A stretch of DNA of 38,303 bases from a virus. How positions within the stretch are numbered: position 1 is the first letter of the stretch; each line of letters opens with the position of its first letter. The DNA lies in the IMG/VR virus record IMGVR_UViG_3300010285_000006, positions 1-38,303 of that record; one strand, 5' to 3'. The position numbers and the translations under genes are program-made. Below the pieces are notes generated by a model. That model ran no database searches. It was not told where the DNA came from and saw nothing but the letters and a program-made list of their open reading frames with translations. Below are positions 7,224 through 16,603 of this stretch, one piece after another.

Positions 7224-9095
7224 TCACACTAATCCATAACTATTTAAGGCATTTCGCAAATTATTAAGAGCATTTCTTATATTAATAACATCAGTCTTCA
7301 AATTGTTTAACATGTTTTGCTCATTAGAGCTATATGAACTTCCTGCCGATTGTGTTGTTACAATTGAAGACGGCTGAGAAACAGTAGTTCTTGAAGCAGG
7401 TGAATAACTAAAAAAGCCTAATCTACTTCCTCTATGCTGTAAATAACCGTTAAGTTCTAGCGTACCTGCCCAGTTACTTGGACCAATTGTGATGTAATTA
7501 TAACTTAAATATAATCCTGATACATACGTTGAATCATCAATTCCATCATTCAATCCAATTGAATTACCACTTGGCATAAATATACCGCCATTAATTGTTA
7601 AGCCATTTGACCAAAATTTCAAGACTCTATTATTATTTCTACTCAAATAAAAATTGTCAGAATTATTCTCGAGTATTACATTTGATGATGAGCTACCAAG
7701 CTGGATTCGATCACCTACAACTGCATCAGTATCTACATTTATTGTTACTCCAGAAAGAGTACCCCCTTGAATTTTATCTGCTGTGATTGTAATAGCTTCT
7801 AGAGCGTTTGTCGTTATTTCACCATTGAATATGAATTTGCCTTTTGTTACATCAAAATAAAGCTGTTGTATTCCTCCAGCTTTGAATTCCAATTTGTCAG
7901 AATTAAGTGTTACTTCTGCTTGTCCATCAGAGCGCTTTATTTGTAAACCATTTTTCCTGCCAATCACAACTCCGTAATATGGAACATCCTTCTGCACCAT
8001 TTTCTGAATCGTCCGTTTAAGTTGCCCTTCAAAAGGAAATTCACTTTCCTGCTCGGTATCTGAATCAGATAAGGACACCATTTTTAATCCACCACGGAAA
8101 GATGACCTATGTTCAAGAAGTATAGTAGTCAAGGTTGTGTTTCCATCCCAACGAAAGTTAGCATTCTGCCAAGGCATATTTGCATCTTCCCAGGCAAGAG
8201 TGTTCACTTCTTCGAGAGAGATCAAATCCCCGGGTTCGATAGCTGGATTTCCGCGCCAATCCAGAGATATAGGTAAATAGCTAAATCCATTTAACTGATT
8301 ATAAATATCCGTGAGTATATCTTCGGTGATATACATATTTGTGAATTCCAATGTATTAGCTTCTGTGCCTTCGCCAATTTCCAAGTATTCACCTTCTGAA
8401 TTGTATATACAACGTAGCTTTGTAATCGTCTTAATTGGGTTTGTTGGAGTTATCTTAGAATATAAATTCCTTCCTATTGTCACTGGAGTTTTAGCTTCGG
8501 CAGGCCTAATCATTTTTAATTTACCGTCTTTAGACATTTTGAAACAAGCTGCATGAGCTGACGCTATATATGAAAGCATCTCATTGATTGTTATTTCTTC
8601 ATCTTTGTATGGCACATCATAATTAGGATTGATTACTACACTGTCGTCAGCTTCCATACCAAGAATAAGTAATATTTCATCCAATACTTGTTGCATACTT
8701 ACTGGATAAGTTAAACTTGAATCAAATTTCTGATTGGCGTATATAAGTCTGTCATAAGCTGTAAATTCATAAACTCCTCTGTTTTTTATTCTTTTGTCAA
8801 TATAGAATACTCCAAGTGGTACCCATTCTGTATCGCTATCTGAACCCGTCAACTGTATATAGGGTTTTATCTCAGCATTTGAAGCAATGATATCCTCTGT
8901 TTTGATTTGAATGGTAAGCTTTGATGAGACAACAGAGCCAATTGCAAAAATAGAATTTTCAGTTAAGGCATCTTCAAGTCCATATTGTATTATTCTCTTA
9001 TCGTCATATTCAACACCGTTAATAATTGTCTTAACGCGAAATTCTCTATTGGGTGAGCTTATATATTCTTGAAAAAGTGGAGATGTTTCATACAC
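7224..9095 (-). CDS. Tail-tip or baseplate hub protein (Tal-like, siphovirus tail component).
   Basis: 623 aa with a GTG start after AAGGGGTGA. Called from its position downstream of the tape measure and Dit-like genes. Confidence 0.55.
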   Translation of the reverse strand: MYETSPLFQEYISSPNREFRVKTIINGVEYDDKRIIQYGLEDALTENSIFAIGSVVSSKLTIQIKTEDIIASNAEIKPYIQLTGSDSDTEWVPLGVFYIDKRIKNRGVYEFTAYDRLIYANQKFDSSLTYPVSMQQVLDEILLILGMEADDSVVINPNYDVPYKDEEITINEMLSYIASAHAACFKMSKDGKLKMIRPAEAKTPVTIGRNLYSKITPTNPIKTITKLRCIYNSEGEYLEIGEGTEANTLEFTNMYITEDILTDIYNQLNGFSYLPISLDWRGNPAIEPGDLISLEEVNTLAWEDANMPWQNANFRWDGNTTLTTILLEHRSSFRGGLKMVSLSDSDTEQESEFPFEGQLKRTIQKMVQKDVPYYGVVIGRKNGLQIKRSDGQAEVTLNSDKLEFKAGGIQQLYFDVTKGKFIFNGEITTNALEAITITADKIQGGTLSGVTINVDTDAVVGDRIQLGSSSSNVILENNSDNFYLSRNNNRVLKFWSNGLTINGGIFMPSGNSIGLNDGIDDSTYVSGLYLSYNYITIGPSNWAGTLELNGYLQHRGSRLGFFSYSPASRTTVSQPSSIVTTQSAGSSYSSNEQNMLNNLKTDVINIRNALNNLRNALNSYGLV

Positions 9096-9108
9096 GAACG
9101 ATCACCCC

Positions 9109-9465
9109 TTATCTTTCTGTTAACGTAACCTTCAGTCCTTTCCATAACAGTTGTCCGTTCTTTTCTATTGCAACAGGTGCAGGTCTGTTGCCAACATAAA
9201 AAGTTTTAGTAATATACGTTCCTTCCTGTGGATCTGGATATTCTACTTCAAAAAAAACATCAGCCATTTGTCTGAGGATTAGTGATATTTCTGCAGGCTT
9301 AAGCAAATTCCAGGACATTTCTATTTGCCTTTTAACAACAATTCTGTCACGGTTTAGAGTACCATCTGCAGCTCTGCTTGTTGATTCTCCATTATCAATA
9401 TCAAGAATTGTCACCTGAAATTCAGAAGGGGTGACAATAGCCACCCCGTTAATTTTTATTGTCAT
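9109..9465 (-). CDS. Small distal-tail (Dit-position) protein.
   Basis: 118 aa, immediately downstream of the tape measure gene. Confidence 0.4.
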   Translation of the reverse strand: MTIKINGVAIVTPSEFQVTILDIDNGESTSRAADGTLNRDRIVVKRQIEMSWNLLKPAEISLILRQMADVFFEVEYPDPQEGTYITKTFYVGNRPAPVAIEKNGQLLWKGLKVTLTER

Positions 9466-9494
9466 GCAAACCTCACCCCATTATAAACACACCA

Positions 9495-11870
9495 TCATAA
9501 ATTTAGTAACAATACTAATGACTTACCAGTTGCACGTTGATAAGCATTAAGAGCTTTTATAGTAGCTCTGCCTAATTCGTTTTCATTCATCTTTAAAACT
9601 ATATCTCCTGAATTACTTTCAATAACACGCAAAATGCGATTTAGTACTTCTACAACCGCTTGGTTGCTACCTCCCATAATATCCTGGAGTTTTGACAGTG
9701 GAGAAATGACTTCCGGATCCGCAGCAGCTCTTGGATTGTCACCAATCACTGCAAGTGTGGGCCCATACGCTAAACCACCTTTTGCGAGTGCTGGTATTGA
9801 TGCTAGTCCGCCTAAGGCAGCCCCTACATATGGTATTATTGCTGGTGCTGCTAAAGCCAATGTCCCCGCCCCTATTGCTACACCTGCCGCTATTGCTGTA
9901 GTGGTTATAACTTTTTTATTTGCACTAAACCAACCGCCTACTTTTTCTCCCATTGCAGATACCGCATTTTTAAAATTGTCCCATGCTGTTTGCAATCCGC
10001 TTACTATATTACTTACAAATCCTTTTGCAGCTTCTGCGGAAACTGCCAACATTCCTGTAGCAAAAGATTTTATAGCATCACCGGCTCCGTTAGCAAAAGC
10101 AACTATATTTTGGTGTGTGGTTGATAATCCTTCTTTGATATTGTTTGCCCAAGCTCTTGCTGTCTCCGCTGCAATAGAGCCAATATTGGAGCCAAATGAT
10201 TGCAAATTGTTTTGTGCTGTTATTATGGTATTATTTATATTTCTACCTATAGTAGTTAAACCAGTATTTATATTTGCCACTAAAGTAGTTGATATTCCTG
10301 TGGCTATATTACCCAAATTTACTTTGTGAAGATTATAATTGTATTCTATAGTGTCCCATGCTACTTTTAACCCTAAATTAAGTTGTGTAGCGAATTCATT
10401 ATATTTATTCTTTATCCAATCCAAGCCTTCTGCTGTTTTAAACTTTATTTTTTCTAGCGAAATATCATATTGAGTAGAATCTATAGGCTTAAATATTACT
10501 TGGGGAACTGACGGCGGCTCTAAGTTCCAATTAGGTTCATATATAGGGTTGGGTATCTCTGGAAATACTGGTTCTATTATTTCAGGCGTATCCAATCCCC
10601 AATCAGGCTTATATATAGGACTTGGAATTTTCGCAAACACTGGGGCTGGCACTACTATTGGCACGGCAAATGCTTGCTTTAGATTATTCCACCAATCGTT
10701 TATCTTGATAAAGAAGCCTTCCCATCTCTTTTTGCTTTCTTCTAAACCATCATCAACCTTAGTGGTTGTTAATGACGTATTTACTCCACCACTTTTTATG
10801 CCACCAAAAAGTCCACTTGAATCGCTACCATCTTTCAGATTATTTTGTATAGTATTTAACTCATCAAATGGGGCTAGCGCTTTCTTAGCCGCTTTTCCTG
10901 CTTTTTCTATCCCATCTGCCAGGTCAAATTCTGAATCTGTTGCATCACTAGCAGAATCTCCTATATCCATATTTGTTTCAGCAATAACTTCTTTACCCGT
11001 TATCATCGTGTAGATACTACCTATAGCTTTTGCAATGTTAATTAATAACTCTAATCCCCTATTCAAAAGTTTAACTATAGGCAAAAGGATCTCAATTAAT
11101 GCTTTGCCAATTAGGCTCATGAACTCTTGCCATTGCTCTTTTAATAGTTTCACTTGGTTGGCCCAACTTCCACTATTACGTGCAAAATCTCCTTGTGCAT
11201 CTCCTGTTACACTTAACAGATAATTATATCTGAGCAATGTTTGCTCTGCTTGAGTCATCTCTTTCCATTGCTTCTTGATACCTTGTGATAGCGCATAAGC
11301 TTGCATATTTGCGACTGACATATTGATACCAAGCTGTTTCAAAGGCTCTGTTTCTCCACTGATGCCTGCTCTAATTTTCTGGAAAGCTTCATCTGGCTTT
11401 AAATTATAAAAACTGGACATATCCGCAGCTAGCTTAGTTAATTCTATGGACATATCCTTAACAGCTTCACCAGTTATACCTGATGATTTAAGCATTGCAC
11501 CCATAGTGGATGCAAATTGTTTTGCTGATAATTCGGATAAACCAAATTGTTTAGTAGCATTACTTGCAAATTCATTTATTTCACTTGCCATAAAACCAAA
11601 GGTTACATCTACAACGTTTTGCACTTCGGTAAGGTCAGATGCTACTTCAATTGCTTGCTTCCCAAAATCAACTAGCTTTTTAGTTGCAGCAGCAATCAAT
11701 CCAACTTTAGTCAATTTTCCAAGATTTAATCCTAATCCTTGGGAAATACCGCTAAAAATACTATCTACATCACTTGCAAAACCTTTTAAATTCTTTTTTG
11801 TCTTATTTATCTCGTTTTGAATGCCCGAAAAATCAGCGCCACCACGTACTATAAAATTACTTTTTGCCAT
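9495..11870 (-). CDS. Tail tape measure protein.
   Basis: 791 aa. TP901-type core (FGLSELSAKQFASTMGAMLKSSG...AFQKIRAGISGETEPLKQLGI) and a Gly/Ala-rich TM-like C-terminal region. Confidence 0.9.
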   Translation of the reverse strand: MAKSNFIVRGGADFSGIQNEINKTKKNLKGFASDVDSIFSGISQGLGLNLGKLTKVGLIAAATKKLVDFGKQAIEVASDLTEVQNVVDVTFGFMASEINEFASNATKQFGLSELSAKQFASTMGAMLKSSGITGEAVKDMSIELTKLAADMSSFYNLKPDEAFQKIRAGISGETEPLKQLGINMSVANMQAYALSQGIKKQWKEMTQAEQTLLRYNYLLSVTGDAQGDFARNSGSWANQVKLLKEQWQEFMSLIGKALIEILLPIVKLLNRGLELLINIAKAIGSIYTMITGKEVIAETNMDIGDSASDATDSEFDLADGIEKAGKAAKKALAPFDELNTIQNNLKDGSDSSGLFGGIKSGGVNTSLTTTKVDDGLEESKKRWEGFFIKINDWWNNLKQAFAVPIVVPAPVFAKIPSPIYKPDWGLDTPEIIEPVFPEIPNPIYEPNWNLEPPSVPQVIFKPIDSTQYDISLEKIKFKTAEGLDWIKNKYNEFATQLNLGLKVAWDTIEYNYNLHKVNLGNIATGISTTLVANINTGLTTIGRNINNTIITAQNNLQSFGSNIGSIAAETARAWANNIKEGLSTTHQNIVAFANGAGDAIKSFATGMLAVSAEAAKGFVSNIVSGLQTAWDNFKNAVSAMGEKVGGWFSANKKVITTTAIAAGVAIGAGTLALAAPAIIPYVGAALGGLASIPALAKGGLAYGPTLAVIGDNPRAAADPEVISPLSKLQDIMGGSNQAVVEVLNRILRVIESNSGDIVLKMNENELGRATIKALNAYQRATGKSLVLLLNL

Positions 11871-11894
11871 TATCTCACCTGCCTTTTATGGCAT

Positions 11895-11923
11895 TAAAAA
11901 AGCACTTACTTTAAGTAAGCGCT
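11895..11923 (-). terminator. Rho-independent terminator after the tail-module moron, lying upstream of the tape measure gene.
   Basis: Minus strand AGCGCTTACTTAAAGTAAGTGCTTTTTT: a 10-bp stem with one G-U pair. Confidence 0.65.
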
Positions 11924-11926
11924 AAC

Positions 11927-12448
11927 TTATTCGTTGATAATTATATATCTGGCTTTTACCGAAGGAATTGTTATATTTCCACCTAGCACACTTGTGTAGG
12001 TTGTTACTCCTTCTAAATCGCCGTATATTTCTACAATATCATTTTCTAATACCCTTGGTTCCCCTTCTTGTCTTTTATATGTCACATATACTACATCATC
12101 AAAATCTCCTTTTGTTGCTACTCTATATACTACCGTATTAAAAGAACCTTCAGCTACTTGTATAACCTTTCCTCTAAATACTGCCGGCTTTCCTTTATAT
12201 TGATCAGGATTTCTTTCAATATCCTTATAGTTATATTCTTGAGCAGATGCTATAAATTCATCTTTTGAAATCACTTCTTTATTAGACTCGTAACTTCCAT
12301 TATCATTATCGCCAAATACACCAATTGCTAATATAATTACTAAAGCTATAAACCACCATCTTTTATAGAGCGGTTTCTTTGGCTTTTTCGGCTTCTCTTT
12401 TACGCTAGACAAATCTGTAGATAAATCAGGTGAACCATATACTCCCAT
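11927..12448 (-). CDS. Membrane-anchored protein. A moron inserted between the tail chaperone genes and the tape measure gene.
   Basis: 173 aa. A Lys-rich N-terminus and one TM helix (WWFIALVIILAIGVFG) are followed by a beta-rich extracytoplasmic domain. It has its own promoter-like and terminator elements. Confidence 0.7.
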   Translation of the reverse strand: MGVYGSPDLSTDLSSVKEKPKKPKKPLYKRWWFIALVIILAIGVFGDNDNGSYESNKEVISKDEFIASAQEYNYKDIERNPDQYKGKPAVFRGKVIQVAEGSFNTVVYRVATKGDFDDVVYVTYKRQEGEPRVLENDIVEIYGDLEGVTTYTSVLGGNITIPSVKARYIIINE

Positions 12449-12480
12449 ATATTATTCCTCCTAAGAATATACTTGCCTTA

Positions 12481-12509
12481 ATTTTACAGTATATTCTTAG
12501 GAACCGCAA
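12481..12509 (-). promoter_or_regulatory. Putative sigma-A-type promoter for the moron, embedded in a 13-bp perfect inverted repeat (12460..12472 / 12489..12501).
   Basis: Minus strand TTGCGG-17 nt-TAAAAT. The inverted repeat CCTAAGAATATAC/GTATATTCTTAGG abuts the moron Shine-Dalgarno sequence. Confidence 0.4.
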
Positions 12510-12817
12510 GTTTTTATTTCTCCACCAAACAAAGCATTTAATACTTTCACTTGGGCCAGCATCTGCTCATCTGTCATTATCTTCTTTTCCTTTTCTTTAT
12601 CAATTTCGTTTAATATTTCGTTAAGTGGTTTAGGATGTTGTGATTTCTTACCTAACCACTTAATAGTCCACATTGCGTTATAATACTCTAGTGATAACTT
12701 TTCTTTATAGTCATTTTTCTGTTTTTCAAAATATGCCTCTGCATATATGTTCAGCTCATATGGTGTCATTTCCCAGAATTCGCTAATCGGAATGCCTATT
12801 AAGGCAGCGAGCTTCAT
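12497..12817 (-). CDS. Tail assembly chaperone, T-part. Expected to be made as a G-T fusion by a -1 frameshift.
   Basis: This ORF is in the -1 frame relative to 12856..13179. Reading through from the slippery site gives ...GKKRVKGGEKVPFTVKGAMKLAAL... Confidence 0.7.
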   Translation of the reverse strand: MKLAALIGIPISEFWEMTPYELNIYAEAYFEKQKNDYKEKLSLEYYNAMWTIKWLGKKSQHPKPLNEILNEIDKEKEKKIMTDEQMLAQVKVLNALFGGEIKTCGS

Positions 12818-12855
12818 AGCTCCTTTAACTGTAAAAGGTACTTTCTCGCCGCCTT

Positions 12856-13179
12856 TTACTCGTTTTTTCCCTCTGTTTCCGATTCCTCTTCATTTGTTTT
12901 AAATACATCGTTTATGGCTTTCCACATTACCTTTGCTACCTCTACTATACTTGAATAAATGTCAATCAAATCCATCACTTTATCAGGAGTTAATTCTTTA
13001 TCTTCGTGTTGCAGTCCTGCCCAAATAATTGTCGCATATTCTTCCATTGTCAGGTTGCCGTTATTAATACCTTCTATTTCCATGATAGGTTTACCAAACT
13101 TTTTTTCTATTAAGTCAATTGCTCTCATGCCATATTTCAGATTTCTCGTTTTATCAAGTTTTATAGGAAAATAACTCAT
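12856..13179 (-). CDS. Tail assembly chaperone (gpG analogue).
   Basis: 107 aa, acidic C-terminus, located between the major tail and tape measure genes, with a slippery site at its 3' end. Confidence 0.7.
   Translation of the reverse strand: MSYFPIKLDKTRNLKYGMRAIDLIEKKFGKPIMEIEGINNGNLTMEEYATIIWAGLQHEDKELTPDKVMDLIDIYSSIVEVAKVMWKAINDVFKTNEEESETEGKNE
12865..12871 (-). promoter_or_regulatory. Programmed -1 ribosomal frameshift slippery heptamer G_GGA_AAA.
   Basis: Zero frame ...GAG GGA AAA AAC GAG TAA. It fits X_XXY_YYZ, sits 3 codons before the G stop, and the -1 frame runs open into the T ORF. Confidence 0.7.
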
Positions 13180-13313
13180 ATCAATCTCTCCTTTAATTTT
13201 TTATTTATTATATATAAGATTCTGTTTAATACCTTAATTACAGGTAATAACAGCCTTTCAGCCATATTAACCCCCCATAATAGAATTTATAAGGCTAAGA
13301 TATAATCCTAGCC

Positions 13314-13733
13314 TTATGAACCTGCTCCTACTGTTAATGAAGGTTTACCGCTAACTTTTATAGTACAACTAAAAGATAATGGATCCTCCAAATCTGCACC
13401 TGTTCCAAACCCAGTAACTACACCTTTAAAATCCCAACTTCCCATATTGTTAGGGAATAAGATTTTAAAGTCTTCTGTATCTCCACTTTCAAATAAGTCA
13501 TATAAGTCTTTTTGTCCTTTCCCTTCCTCTAGTTCTAAATATCCTTCTAAAGATACTTCCCCAGCATCTTTAAACCCAGCTATAAACTTTCTATAAGCTC
13601 CATCACTATCTAAAGTAGTAACGTCTATAGTATCAGCTGACAATTCAAGTCCGCCTATAGAAGTCAATCCTGCTACTGTAACAGGTGTATCTGCGCCTAT
13701 TTGTAGTTTTGTACCTAATGCTCGTTCAGCCAT
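13314..13733 (-). CDS. Major tail protein.
   Basis: 139 aa. LGTKLQIG...GLTSIGGLELSADTIDVTTLDS is a phi13/TP901-like major tail motif. A 7-bp hairpin (13291..13315) overlaps the stop codon. Confidence 0.8.
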   Translation of the reverse strand: MAERALGTKLQIGADTPVTVAGLTSIGGLELSADTIDVTTLDSDGAYRKFIAGFKDAGEVSLEGYLELEEGKGQKDLYDLFESGDTEDFKILFPNNMGSWDFKGVVTGFGTGADLEDPLSFSCTIKVSGKPSLTVGAGS

Positions 13734-13748
13734 CTATATTTCACTCCT

Positions 13749-14129
13749 TTAATAATAAATTGTGAAGTCAATGATTCCTCGATTGACTCCTAGTTCATGT
13801 TCGTATTGTTCTGTAATATTATTTATGTCAATATCTTCAATAAAGATTTTGGTTGTATTGCCTATTTCTCTATGTGGCATACCTTCAAGTAATTCTTCTA
13901 CCTGTTTTCTTACTCTTACCATATCTGCATACTTCTTTGTCATTATTGAAAACATATAGCTTAAAGCCTGTTTACTCGTGTATCCTTCAAGTGTTTTTGT
14001 TTTTCTTGTAGTAATCCTAGCATAAACTAAATAAGGTCCTTTTGAGCCTTCTGGTGCATTTGTAGGGTAGATTCTGTCTTTCAATTCAGGAATATTAGTA
14101 TTAATTTCATATCTTAGTGCTGTTTCCAT
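13749..14129 (-). CDS. Tail terminator or tail completion protein (DUF3168-like).
   Basis: 126 aa. Called from position and the N-terminal motif ...RIYPTNAPEGSKGPYLVY. Confidence 0.6.
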   Translation of the reverse strand: METALRYEINTNIPELKDRIYPTNAPEGSKGPYLVYARITTRKTKTLEGYTSKQALSYMFSIMTKKYADMVRVRKQVEELLEGMPHREIGNTTKIFIEDIDINNITEQYEHELGVNRGIIDFTIYY

Positions 14130-14593
14130 TACTTCAACCCCACTTTCGCAATTTCCTGATCTATTTTTTTCTTCATTTCAGTCACTATGGTTCTTTCAAC
14201 TTTGCCAGCATTATTTATCATGCTATCACTAATAAATCGATACCCGGGAATATATCTCCCATTACGTGCAAAGTATCCATATTCCTGAGAAACAGGATAG
14301 TAACCTGTAACTTTGCCTTCTTTGTTTTTCTTCTGAAAAATATCATTCTTAGCTCTGTCGAATACTATTCTATAAACTTTTTTTGCTTTAACTTTTGCTT
14401 TTTCTCCTGCCAAGATAATACCTTTTTTCAATTCACCAGTATCATATGGGGCATTAGCTTTTGACTCCTTAAGTACAATATTCATAGCTTTCTTAGCACT
14501 ACTAGTTACATGCTTTTGTGGCACTTTGCCAAGCTTATCAAGAGACTTTTGTAATTCTTTCATGCCTTCGACTTTGAATTTAACTTTAGTCAT
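14129..14593 (-). CDS. HK97 gp10-family neck protein.
   Basis: MTKVKFKVEGMKELQKSLDKL...NAPYDTGELKKGI is typical of the HK97-gp10 family. Confidence 0.7.
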   Translation of the reverse strand: MTKVKFKVEGMKELQKSLDKLGKVPQKHVTSSAKKAMNIVLKESKANAPYDTGELKKGIILAGEKAKVKAKKVYRIVFDRAKNDIFQKKNKEGKVTGYYPVSQEYGYFARNGRYIPGYRFISDSMINNAGKVERTIVTEMKKKIDQEIAKVGLK

Positions 14594-14594
14594 C

Positions 14595-14912
14595 TCACTT
14601 CACCAGCCTACAATAGCAAAGTAATTCCCTATTTAACCCTTTTACATTTACAGGCTGTCCTATGATTTCATACACTTCTTCACCATGTTTAATTCTCATT
14701 TCTGATGTTATTCCGGGGATATATCTCATGTTGAACTTAACTTCTACTTTATTTTCTGTGGTTAAAGCTGAGAAAAACTCATTGCCTAGTAAAGGGTCTT
14801 TACTTGCCCATATACCACCCTTGAATATTGGCCAATCATCAATAGGTTCTCCATATTCATCTCGGCCTTTAACTCGGTGTAAAAAATCTATTTTATGCCT
14901 GTAATCTCTCAT
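14595..14912 (-). CDS. Head-tail adaptor or head-closure protein (SPP1 gp16-like).
   Basis: 105 aa, ...IWASKDPLLGNEFFSA...VKFNMRY. Confidence 0.65.
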   Translation of the reverse strand: MRDYRHKIDFLHRVKGRDEYGEPIDDWPIFKGGIWASKDPLLGNEFFSALTTENKVEVKFNMRYIPGITSEMRIKHGEEVYEIIGQPVNVKGLNRELLCYCRLVK

Positions 14913-15202
14913 ACTATATCACCTACTGTGTATTCAGTAGATAATGTTAAATGATGTTTAAGGCTTATATAAGACTGTTCAAATCTTGTTGCCATATTTA
15001 CATCATCATATCCAAAGTTAGCTTTACAGTAGACGATTATGGCTCTTTTAATCAAAGGGTCTGTATCAATAACTTTATCTTTATTAACTCCACTAAGGAT
15101 TAAATCTGCTTTAGCGCTTTCAATTAAGTCTAGTATTTCATTGTTCAAATCATCACCATTTACTCTAAGTGCATCTTTTATATCTTGTAACACCTCTACC
15201 AC
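14909..15202 (-). CDS. Head-tail connector (gp6-like, DNA-packaging QLRG-type).
   Basis: 97 aa, ALRVNGDDLNNEILDLIESAKADL. The start may be the downstream GTG at 15193. Confidence 0.6.
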   Translation of the reverse strand: MVEVLQDIKDALRVNGDDLNNEILDLIESAKADLILSGVNKDKVIDTDPLIKRAIIVYCKANFGYDDVNMATRFEQSYISLKHHLTLSTEYTVGDIV

Positions 15203-15221
15203 CTCAAATTAATAGAGGAGG

Positions 15222-15374
15222 TTATAACTCCTCCTCTATCCTTTCAATAATGTCCGCTTTTAACACTCGGTCATTTAGCCCCTCTATGCCTAGTTCGTCA
15301 GCATAGTCCAACAATTCTTTCTTTGTCATATTTTCTAGGTCCATAGAAGGTGCAGACATGCTAAATGCCTGCAT
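15222..15374 (-). CDS. Small Rho-N/SAP-like (HeH) protein. It is not in the ORF track because it is under 60 aa.
   Basis: Hand translation: MQAFSMSAPSMDLENMTKKELLDYADELGIEGLNDRVLKADIIERIEEEL. Its ATG overlaps the capsid TAA (TAATG). A 10-bp hairpin lies at 15212..15239. Confidence 0.55.
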   Translation of the reverse strand: MQAFSMSAPSMDLENMTKKELLDYADELGIEGLNDRVLKADIIERIEEEL

Positions 15375-16603
15375 TATTCCCCCGCTTTCTTTGTTATAGT
15401 TACTAGACTGTTCTTATCTACTACTTTACCATCTACTAACATAAGAGCTTTGGTTACTTGGTCATCTGTATCATTATCTTCATATCTCTTAACTGTAATA
15501 TTATAGTTAGTGTTCAATACATAGTCTTTAAAGTTAAATAGAAAGGCTACAACTGTATCATCTTCTATTGGTGCTCCAAGGCTTGTCATGTAATCATTTA
15601 ATACAACTGTTCTGCCTAATAACGTTCTTTCAGGTCTACCAGCAACCCCATAATTAACTCTAGCAATAGGTTGCCCGTTTTGGTCAGTCATTCCTATGAA
15701 CTTCATAAATGTCTTTTTAGTCATACACCATACCGCTTCGGATTCGTATGCTAATGGTAAAGCTGCTTCTGCGTTAATTAATGTTTCGTAGTCAACATCA
15801 GCATCTGCTGCAATCTCAATATTTTGTCCTTCTGGAGCTGTTTCAGTTAAAATACCTGTAGGCTGACCTTCTCCACTTCCGGTAATAATAGCTTGCTCTA
15901 ATGCTTTTGTCATGGCTTCAGCTATATTGTTAATTAAAGTGGTTTCAAATACTCCAAGTGTAACTACGCTTGTTTCAAAAGATAAAGATACTGCACATCT
16001 TAATTTATAGTAACTAAATACAATCTGTCCTGTAGGTTTCTTTTGTTTGTCGCTTCCTGCGCCCTCAGCTACCCAAGTAGCTACTGGTTTAACACTTGAT
16101 GTAGGAATCGCTAAACCACCCTTGTAAGATGTCCTAGTCACAAGTGGTAAAATCATTCCTGTAGCTTCTAATTTTTCAACTATCTTTTCCAAAACTGTAG
16201 TAGGAATTACTGATCCAACATCAGTAGTTTTTGTATTAGCATCTGCATTTACGAACTTTTCAGGAATTGGAGTCCCTTTAATAACATTGTTCATAAATGC
16301 TTTTCTGTACTCAACAGAATCATAAACATCAATATCTGTTGCAATTGCACTTTTATCCAAAGTATCTACCACTACACCATCAACTCCTTTATCACCTGCT
16401 AAATTAGTAATGTCTAGTCCTTTGTTGCTGTCATTTAACGCATTTAGATTAGCTTGGGCTTTTGCTATTTCTTCCCATTGATTGTCTAATTTCTTTACTT
16501 CTTCCATTTTCGCATTAGCTTCTTCTATCTTGCCATTATTGATTAGTTTTTCTGCTTCATTAATTAAACCTTGCCTTTTTTCAAGATATTCCTTTTTATT
16601 CAT
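15374..16603 (-). CDS. Major capsid protein, HK97 fold.
   Basis: 409 aa with an N-terminal coiled delta-like domain. It follows the protease and portal genes. Confidence 0.85.
   Translation of the reverse strand: MNKKEYLEKRQGLINEAEKLINNGKIEEANAKMEEVKKLDNQWEEIAKAQANLNALNDSNKGLDITNLAGDKGVDGVVVDTLDKSAIATDIDVYDSVEYRKAFMNNVIKGTPIPEKFVNADANTKTTDVGSVIPTTVLEKIVEKLEATGMILPLVTRTSYKGGLAIPTSSVKPVATWVAEGAGSDKQKKPTGQIVFSYYKLRCAVSLSFETSVVTLGVFETTLINNIAEAMTKALEQAIITGSGEGQPTGILTETAPEGQNIEIAADADVDYETLINAEAALPLAYESEAVWCMTKKTFMKFIGMTDQNGQPIARVNYGVAGRPERTLLGRTVVLNDYMTSLGAPIEDDTVVAFLFNFKDYVLNTNYNITVKRYEDNDTDDQVTKALMLVDGKVVDKNSLVTITKKAGE

Noticed and set aside
9634-11013. Long plus-strand ORFs (231 aa and 154 aa) opposite the tape measure gene.
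   Set aside because: They are low-complexity Ala/Pro/Ser-rich translations, antisense to a Gly/Ala-rich CDS. They have no RBS and are fully nested in a confidently called gene.
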